This document shows, in pieces, positions 54,750 through 64,000 of a stretch of DNA of 64,000 nucleotides. The DNA is from Chrysomallon squamiferum (taxonomy: Eukaryota; Animalia; Mollusca). The translations under genes and the position numbers were made by a program. Location of the stretch: contig CM022670.1 of NCBI GenBank assembly GCA_012295275.1, positions 5,022,001 through 5,086,000 of the forward strand, written 5' to 3'. Positions within the stretch are counted from its first letter, which is position 1. Every line of letters starts with the position of its first letter. The notes beneath the pieces were generated by a model that was not told the origin of the DNA, did no database searches, and saw only the letters and a program-made list of their open reading frames with translations.

Positions 54750-57700
54750 TTTTAAAACTACCTGCTTGTGCGACACATGTCACAGCCATTACATTTCATT
54801 CTTTGTGAATTCGTCCTTCTCGCTGGCGCATCCGTAATAATTATCTTAACTAAAACGTTAGGGTAAGTAGGAATACAAACTTAAGATTTTTAAGACAGGA
54901 AAAAATATTTTATTTAAACAATAATCTCAACCCAAAATCAATTTATAATTATTCCGATGGTTAAAGACCCCATACAGAAACTGAGAAGATTAAGGAAACG
55001 TATTAGATTATTGTTTTGTTAAATATTTTATCTTATTACTTTTTTTATTTTTAAAATGGAAATCCACAAAGAAAGATGGAAATGCTGTTCAGATTCAAAT
55101 AAGCATACAGCGACGGATAAAAGTAATTGTAGCATAGGTGTTAACAAATGTTTATCTTACGATTCAGTATGTGGGTGGTATTTATAAATATACCAAGTAC
55201 AGATAATTAATTAAATTTCTCCTTTGTGTTAAAGATTTTCAAACATTAGTTAATATATTTTGTTAAACATTTTTCTTTACCATGAACAACCATTGATGAA
55301 AGACTTTTGGAAAAATATACATTCAAAAAGTATTCTGTACCAGTGTAATACTGGCACTTATTTGTTTTATTCTTTAGTTATCCTCAGCCACCGTCTCAAC
55401 ATGACAAACAATCTACCAAGTAAAGGCGCCACAGTACTTTTGACGAAAAATTCTTTCCAGGCGCCATCTGACTTCAAATAGATTTTAGATCAGTTGACTA
55501 ATGCACGATTTGCGTGATCTTTCGCTCAAAAACTGTAAACACTGCTAATGCAATTAAATCAATTTTACTACTGAGCCAAACAAAATAATAAAAAAATCTG
55601 ACCTGTTCCTTAAATAGAGCGTCACCTATCGGTTAACGCTAACAAAATTGTAGTGCGCAGCCGATGACTTTAGATTATTTTTGCTATTATTCACTGCCAA
55701 GTTAGGTCGTATCAGTAACGGGGCTTTCTTATAATATGAGACTTCCCGTGAGTTCCTCGTGGACATTTTAAGTTATCTGTTTCGGTTATTCGATAGACAG
55801 ATTAGTTCTCGAATCTTCTTCGTTACAGAGGGTGATTAGGGGAAGTGTGAAACGCCGGTCTCGGCCACACATTTAGTGTATACTCTTTTATATACACGTC
55901 AAGTTGACTAACCCCCAGCTTATGAACAAGAATTAGAAGTGAAATAAAGGATATAACAAAATGTGGCGTTTTGGTATTTTCTTCGTGAAAAATTGTGAAA
56001 AAACAACACCTTCCCCCAACAAAAAGTACGCAGAGATTGCATACTGCTGAGCTTAATCATGTTTTTTCCATTCTAATTTAGTAGAATATACAAAACATTT
56101 CAAATAAATATCATTAATAAAGGAAAAGATAATTGAAATGTATGTATGTATGTGTGTATGTATTTATGTATATTACTGCATGCCTATATTTATTTGACTA
56201 TACGTACACATATGTGTTTTATCCGTACACATATGTGTTTTATCAATGTGTTTGTATCATGTATGTTGTGTATATATAATGAATGAAGATACAGTAATAA
56301 ATAACATCCACATAGAAACGCAAATACAAACATTCTCTGCTGTCAGTTTTAATCTCTAAATGATTAAAGGTGATAACAAAAGTTCCAGATACACCCAATT
56401 ATACAGATCATTTTAAAATTAATAAAAGATAAGCCTCAAACATAAACGGGCATATATTTATACTTTTACCATTTTGATAATGTAATTAACTCTTCAGCTA
56501 TTTTAACATTGTTCGACGGCACACTGTCTAGGACCTCCATTGTGTTGTTGAGGGTCTGGGCAGTTGAGTAGGTCACATATTTGGGCACGCCTACAATATC
56601 AATAAGCTTGACCACTCTGGACCAGTGTGCCCACTATCAAATTAATAATGTGTGTTATTGTGTTCTAGCTGAGCAAATAAACGCCCAGAAACATCAGTAA
56701 TTTAACATCATTTCAAGTGGCTTTAATAGATTTGTTCCGTGTTCATTTGTTTGATTAACGTTTAAGCGGTTTTTGATACTGTTTAACATAGAAATTAATA
56801 TAGATTATTTGTATTCATTAAACGGATATAATTAATTTGCACTCCATTAGAGTTTTCATGTCGATATGTATTTTAATAAATATGGTATCAATCAGTCTAT
56901 ACTACTTTGACGATTCGCATCCAAATAAAAAATCTGTAATAGAAATATTTATTACAGGTGTGTATGTGTGCACAACTTCTGTAATAACATTATATTTAAT
57001 GTTTTTCACACATATGTAGCTGGTTATTCATTAAAAATCTAAATTTGATTCAGTTTATTATTATTATTATTAGTAGTAGTAGTAGTTTTCGTTCTTTCTT
57101 CTCTTTTTTATTTAATTTTTTTTTTTTTTTTTTTTTTTTTTTTGAAATGAGACTCTTTTCTTTCTGATATATTATGCACAGTATTTAGCTTCTTTTTCTT
57201 TTCTTTTTTTTAAAGAAAAACTTCAACGACGGTGGGCAGTTCATTTGAAAATTGATAGACATCGAAATTTTTCGAGTAATCAACCAGAACTCGAACAAAC
57301 GTACACTTAAAGCGTATCATGTGTTAATGATTGGTTATGGACTATTAATACGTCATGGATCTTAAGTACGTCACGTGCTTCATTTCCATGAACTGCCCAG
57401 TTGTTTAGCGCGGACTCTTGATGAAACATGAAATAAGGATATCAAGTAACATTGTTTAACCGGGCGTGGTTTTGTGGGCCATTCACCAACACTGGGTGGT
57501 ACAGTATCGCGTTTTCTTCATGGGTAAAGCTCGGAATAATAGGTACCAACCAGGTTAATGCTGCATTTGTTTAATTTGTTTAAAAACACTGAATAAAAAG
57601 TCATTATTATTTGTTCAAGTTCCTTCGTTTTTATGGCTAGAACTACAATTCAGGCAAAATTTTAGGGGAGAAAGGCTTTTGAATCGCCAAATTTGTTAAA

Positions 57701-58419
57701 GATTTGTTATTTTATATTATTTATCGGAGGATAATGAAAAAATAAAAAATAAAAAAAAATAAAAAAATAAAAAACGTTTTATATGTAATATGTAATTATA
57801 CAGTTTATTATGTTTCATTTTAAATTAACAACTTGCAAGGATTCGAATGGAATTTTCATCATGGCTGTTATATGAATCTTTTAACTGTTAGTAATAATTA
57901 TGCGTGTTTGAATTTTCCCCCCTGTATATGAAAATCAAAAACTGTAGCCACCAGATATTTTACAATTTCAGTTTCAAATTATTGAATAGCAAAGAATATA
58001 AAAATGAAATAAAATATCGTTGAATGTAATAATAAAATATATTCCCATTTTGTTTGAAACGAATAAATAAATATTTATTCGAATATTTTAATACATTTCT
58101 CAATAGCTTCATGGTATTTATCAAACATTTCTCTTATACAAAATTAATAATGTTGATATTTTGTTTTATCCAACTCTCGGGGATTGTAATACATTAAAAA
58201 AAAAACAAAAAAACATTCTCCAATGTTATTACAGATACATGAAAATAATGTCAAGAACGGAAACAAACAGTATATTTAAATTTACAATGAAGAACAAAAA
58301 TGGAACAACCGTTATAAAAATCCTATTTAGCCTGAGTCACTGGTTTCGCAAGCACTTTTTCACTAGCGCGGTATCAAAAGATTCTTGATTTACCTTTTTA
58401 TTTTTAAAATTTGAAACAT

Positions 58420-58910
58420 ATTTATTTTATTGGATGGTTTTTTAATAAACGGACCAATGACATACGCTGTATAAAAATGACCTGACAGCTGATAGACTTG
58501 AAGAATGATGTATCTTCGTGAATGTATTTCTTTATTTTGCCGTTCCAGCCAGATACACACGAAAAGACATAAAGTTGATTTGTTATCCTTTTATTTCCAC
58601 TTTAAAAAACGTTTTGCGGAGGCTTCAGCTAAAATAATTTGTTTAGATCAGTACAGAGAACTATGTATCACATGGCAGTTATTTTACACTGTATGAAGCT
58701 AGCGTTTATCAGCCAGTGTGTGTTTATTTTAGACGAATAAACAAAAGAAATAATTATTTTACTTACTACAGGTCGTTTTTTTCTTCTTCGATACATCTCA
58801 AATTTCTTTCTTTCTATTTTTCTCTGTCGCACACGGATGCATACACGCACACTAACCACAGATGCATGTACGCACATTACCATGTAACTAACATTCAGGT
58901 TAGGTAACTG
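58420..58910 (+). promoter_or_regulatory. Possible CCAAT/TATA promoter and non-coding first exon of an unidentified + strand gene
   Basis: ATTGG near 58430, CCAAT near 58454, TATAAAA near 58470, CAGCTG near 58486, and donor-like CAG|GTTAGGTAAC near 58898. No downstream coding exon was identified. Confidence 0.25.
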
Positions 58911-59392
58911 GGTGTACTGTTGTCATCTGTTTTGTACTGTTTCAAAGAAAGAGCTTATTAAAGAAAATGAGTTGCAATTATAATGTCAACTCTTATGCAT
59001 TAAAAAAATATCTAAATAAAACGTGTCAAATTTGAATTTAACTATAAAGATACATATTTTTAGCATTAACAGCTAGAGGCTGAAAATTAAAAAAAAAAGA
59101 AAAACTTGTTAATTATTTCTGATTGGATATTGTAAATACTATTTTCACATAAACCTATATTGTCTTAGAAAAGCCAGGGGAAAGAATTAACTGTATGAGG
59201 AGGAATGCTGTCGTAATTGTTATTAAAATTGTTCTCAATATGGGAGCGTGTAATGATAATAAACGTATAGCATTTTTGACGTGCCAAAGACCTGTGTTCG
59301 AAACAAGCTAGACCTTGTTTAAAATCTGCTGAATCAGAAGCGACTGGGCATAAACAAGCCGTGTTATGAGGTCTTTTCAAAAGTATCTTCTT

Positions 59393-59432
<40 letters not shown>

Positions 59433-59904
59433 ATTGGGGGGTATTTTATTATTATATATTATGCATTTTCTTTCCTTAATGGTACATCTCATGTTTCAGA
59501 ACCTCGTGGATCAGCGAGCAGTGATCGACTTTGTTGATAATAAATGGTAAAGAAGACACACAGCGCTTCAACTATTCAGCAGACTCAGGGGTGGTTCATT
59601 GTGTAGAGTCCTCTTCCCGTTTACCGGTTCCTAGGCAAACTGAATAATCTTTTAGTAAGAAGGATAACTTGAGATCGCCTACACTCAAAACTGTAACTCT
59701 TCAAGCGGAACAGTTATGCGAAGTGGGACAATCCCCGAGTCCATTTTAATAAAAGATATAACGTAGATTGTCCAATACAGAAACAAAAGAATGCTGTCTG
59801 CGTGCTTTAAATTATTAATCATCCGTGATCCTCGATTAAAACGGAGTCAAGAAGATTTTGTCTTATAGTTATCGTTATTTTATTACATATGTCTATTGTT
59901 GCTG

Positions 59905-59907
<3 letters not shown>

Positions 59908-59974
<67 letters not shown>

Positions 59975-60125
59975 CATTATTATTATTATTATAAAAGTTA
60001 GGAATTCTCTTTGTCTTTGTGTGTGATCCTCTCTCTCTTTCTACAATTTTAAAGCTTGCAACAAATTATATTTCTAAACTTTAATTCCTCTTAAATTAAT
60101 GTATGTATATATGTATGTATGTGTG

Positions 60126-60190
<65 letters not shown>
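59908..60190. repeat. (ATT)n and (TG)n microsatellite cluster
   Basis: Directly visible; similar (AAT)n runs occur near 1138, 1881, 11335, 17275 and 23735. Confidence 0.95.
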
Positions 60191-60857
60191 GTTCGCATCT
60201 GGACACTGTCGGTACAATCTGAAGTAGTTTCAAACTTGAGCCCCATCAATTATTAACCCCGCATTGAAGAAAGAAAAAGACTTAACAGGTTCAGTTATCG
60301 TACTGTTAATATTCTTCATAATGCCGCGATTTATTGGCCATTCAAATTTAAAAACGGGATTTATAACTGAACAGAAATCATAAACCGTAAAAAGTTGGTG
60401 TAGTTTTTCATTGCAATAACAATAATCACAGCTTGAGTGAGGGAGAATTTCTTTCTAGGTTAATACGATGGACAGTAAAATAATAATTATTTTTTAACAG
60501 TAAGTTCAAAACTTCATCATTTTGCCGTACAAAGGCTTAACAGGATTATCTGACAATAAAAATTTAATTGGATATAATTTATTTGACTTTATTTTTTATT
60601 TCATATTTATTTTATTTTATATCATTTTATTTTATTTTATTTTATTTTATTTTATTTTATTTTATTTTATTTCATTTTATTTTATTTCATTTTATAGATA
60701 TATTTATTTCATACTTAATTTTTTTGTTACTAATTTAATTAAATTAACTAATTATTTTTCATTATTCATTTATTAGTTTTACTTATTTGTTGATTTAGTT
60801 ACTTATATATTTATATTTTTATTTATTTAGGTAAATTCTTTCTTTCTTTAATTAATT

Positions 60858-60888
<31 letters not shown>

Positions 60889-61988
60889 ATACAAATAATA
60901 TTTCTGGCTATGAAATAACTTTTATAGAGGTTTTTTCTCAATTTTTTCCTGAATGGTTACAGAGTCAGTGTCTCACGGTGTATCCACCAGTTTGTCCATT
61001 GCAGCCAGAGAGTGGACGTGTTGTGCTTTGTCCACAGCGAACTGCTTGATGCTTTATTTCAGGTTTTGTCGACATCATCTTCCTCGCATTTTACACAAGT
61101 AAAAGATACAAGCACTTTTATTTTTTTTTTATAGTAGAAACTTTAGAAATGTTTATTTATTTATTTATTTATTTAGGTAAAACAGATTTCTAAAAAATTT
61201 GAGAACTTTTTTTTTCTTTTGTCTTCTGTTTTCGCCAGTATGGCTGCTGTTAGAGTTAATGTGATCGCAAATCCGTGACGTCACCAGCAGGGTTTCTATC
61301 GTAGATCTCAACGCGGCAGTTTCTCACAAAAATAAGAAATTGTGATTATGAAAGATTATAGGTAATAAAAACTAGATGTGAAATCATCTTTTTTTTTTTT
61401 TTTTTTTAAATAATAAACTGTTTGCCACATCGGTGACGATGCGTCTCGAAAAGAAAAAACCAGACATGGAGCCAGTCGTATTTTTTTTTTTTTTGTTCTT
61501 TTTTTTGACGTAAGTCAGAAGAAACAAAACAATGAGGCGAGGCAGTCAAGGTGATTCTAAGGACTCAAAGCCGCTTTCATGCTATTAATGGAGATCTTAA
61601 ATTTTATTCACATCCGTAAGTATTGAACAATATAGAGCGTGCTGAATCTTTCTAGAATAAATAAGCACTTATTTCGTACAATTAATACTGATATGAAGAG
61701 ATGCACATGTTATATGTGAAAGTCCTACACGTAATTTCGATCGTAAGGTTATAATTCTAAGCTTGGTTTTGTTATCAGTGGCCCACTAACCCGTACGTTC
61801 AGTGAAGAGAAGCTCTTTGCGGTTCACAGCAGTGTTTAAATATTACAAAGTGGTGTTAAGTTTAATATTACATCCACAGTGATATCACGTAACGTTAATA
61901 CTTAAAATAAATCAGCTGATCGTATATAATGTGCATATGATCCAACGCCGTATAAACGCGGCTAGATCAGTCTTGTTTAATAGAAAAA

Positions 61989-62076
61989 GATAGAAATAAA
62001 CGTACTGATAGATAGAAATAAACGTACTGATGGATAGAAATAAACGTACTGATAGACAGAAATAAACGTAATGATA
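61989..62076 (+). repeat. 22-bp minisatellite, 4 copies (gatagaaataaacgtactgata)
   Basis: Four head-to-tail near-identical units with no spacers. Confidence 0.9.
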
Positions 62077-64000
62077 TTTCGCTACTGTAAACTTTACTAC
62101 AGACATGTTAAGGCTTACTGAAGACAAATGAATCTTGATGAAATTCAAAGTATTTAATTGTTACTATGAGTATACAGCTGAACACTGTTAAGTATACTAA
62201 CAGCTTATACTCACACAGAGCAACACACTCGTAACTACACGTCAGTAATATATCATTTATGAATATTCTTCAAAGAGAAAAAACGTTTCCTTTACGGTTT
62301 ATGAAGCTGATTAAAACAAATATTATTCTTTTGCACTGTGGCATGATAACCTTTTTCTCGTTTTAATTTTGTTCTTTTGTTATTCTGTCATGACACAAAC
62401 ACATGGTGGTCCGTACAAAACTACAAAACGTCCTATGTAACTGCAGTAAACTTCATTATAAATATATTTTTTTTGGATTGTTTGTTTCTTGTATCATCGT
62501 GCTTTTATTACGGACATAAGAGAAGTTGTGAACAGACGTATTGCGAGAAGACATCGGTCATTAACTATCCCGTTTTATAGAGTCAGATGAATTTCTACAT
62601 CGGCGATACGGAACATTATCTACATACGCATAACAAACCACTGCATGACTTGGCTTAAAATGCGTTCAAAATTTATTTCAGAGGACAGGAGTTTTCAGCT
62701 TTTCACAAATGCTTTAGAAAATTAGTTAAGTGCTCTTCTGCCTTCTAAGGGTTAAATGCTCTGCCTCAAGACAGAGCTAAGATCTTAGATGCAGTGGTTG
62801 CAGTATGCATTTCCAGTCTACACTGTTAAATGCTTTCTTTACGTGAACATAGATTTCGAGTGGAAAAAACAACAGTTAGATGCCTGTCGGATGTTTAAAT
62901 TCTTGTATTTGTGTTGTAATTTAATTTTAACATTTTAACATGTTAGCAGTTTTAAAAGTTCTCGCGGTGACTGCATTAAAAATGATAAACTAAAATTTGT
63001 TTGAGTAAATCAGTCAATGTCTGTCGTTGTATTAGTTACATGTAGAAATACGCAAGCTCAAATCAAATAATAACCTTCATTTAAATTGGTTGAATATAAT
63101 TATACTAACAACTGCAAGGCGTGGACCTTTATTCCTTTATTTTTCAGGCAGCTGATATAAGTTATATTTTTTACCCTTGAAAACTCGAACGTTCCAAAAA
63201 CTGGTGATGGCTTTTAAACATTTGTTGTGAATGACGCAAGTCAGTTTCTCGCCTAATGGTAATCCACGCCATTAAATTAGAAATTGTAAAATGATACCAT
63301 TTCATACAAATTTCGGTATGCTTATTAACAAAGACGTTTTTTTTTTTTCTTTATTAAAAAAGAAAAACGACATATAAATATTTGCCGGTATTTTATTACC
63401 ATATGCACAATTTCTGTATTAAGTGCACACATTATTAACGTGAAAGGTGGAATCTCAGTGATTTAAAACACGGAGAGGTAAATTATATGCTTCGAGGCCG
63501 GCAGCGAATTGCAGTTATGTTAGGTCGACATCTCTATAAGCGGCGCAATTTATTATATTAACAATAAACATGTTGTTTAGGGCGTTGTCAGTGACAAACA
63601 AATTGTCCTTGCGCAGTGTAAAAATAAAAATGTGTTTTTTGAAAAGCTATAGTAAATACTGAATTTTTTACTGTTAAGGAAGAACAAAAATAAAAAATAA
63701 AAAATAAAATAAAACTAAAAATAAAATAAAAAACTAAAAATAAATAATAATAAAAAAATCAAATAAAGAAAGAAATGAAAGAATATGTCATTGTGTATTT
63801 AACAAACAAGTCAAATTTTAAAATTATTTCGTAAAACCATTATTAAGAGTAAAATAATATAATAAGTACAAAATTGATATCTAACAAGAAATATGAACAA
63901 AATGATTTATGCTCTCTTGCTATCAAGTGCACCTTTTGTTTGGTTAATAATTACACACCTAACCTATGTGTAGGAAAACACAAAACTTAAAAATACAACC

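Noticed and set aside
61275-61284. Perfect CRE palindrome GTGACGTCAC, and E-box/GC-box motifs near 57370-57470
   Set aside because: Isolated short motifs with no identifiable target gene in the window.
61989-62076. Short direct repeats that might suggest a CRISPR array
   Set aside because: The units are head-to-tail with no unique spacers, in a eukaryotic context; this is a minisatellite.

Overview
AT-rich, microsatellite-rich genomic DNA from an invertebrate animal. A protostome, plausibly a lophotrochozoan, is inferred from gene content and vertebrate-like intron positions. Seven protein-coding genes were reconstructed by hand from splice sites and reading-frame phases: UBE2A/Rad6 (+), UFSP2 (-), IDS (-), TXNDC9 (+, head-to-head with IDS), a mei-P26/NHL-2-type TRIM-NHL gene (-) followed by about 8 kb of probable 3'UTR, DPH3 (-), and an RFXAP-like ORF (-) directly behind DPH3. 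Three signals stand out. (1) DPH3 and RFXAP appear to share one spliced, bicistronic transcript linked by a stop-start relay (TAA-ATG, a 16-codon linker ORF, then A-TGA-TG). (2) Rad6 has two intact duplicated last exons, giving C-termini with or without an acidic tail. (3) IDS intron 5 holds a 53-nt inverted copy of IDS coding sequence that resembles an ADAR editing-complementary sequence, with an A:C mismatch on a Tyr codon. Two single-base lesions (an IDS frameshift and a TT donor in UFSP2) may be assembly errors. No coding gene could be recognised in 1-2.3 kb, 42-50 kb or 55-64 kb.
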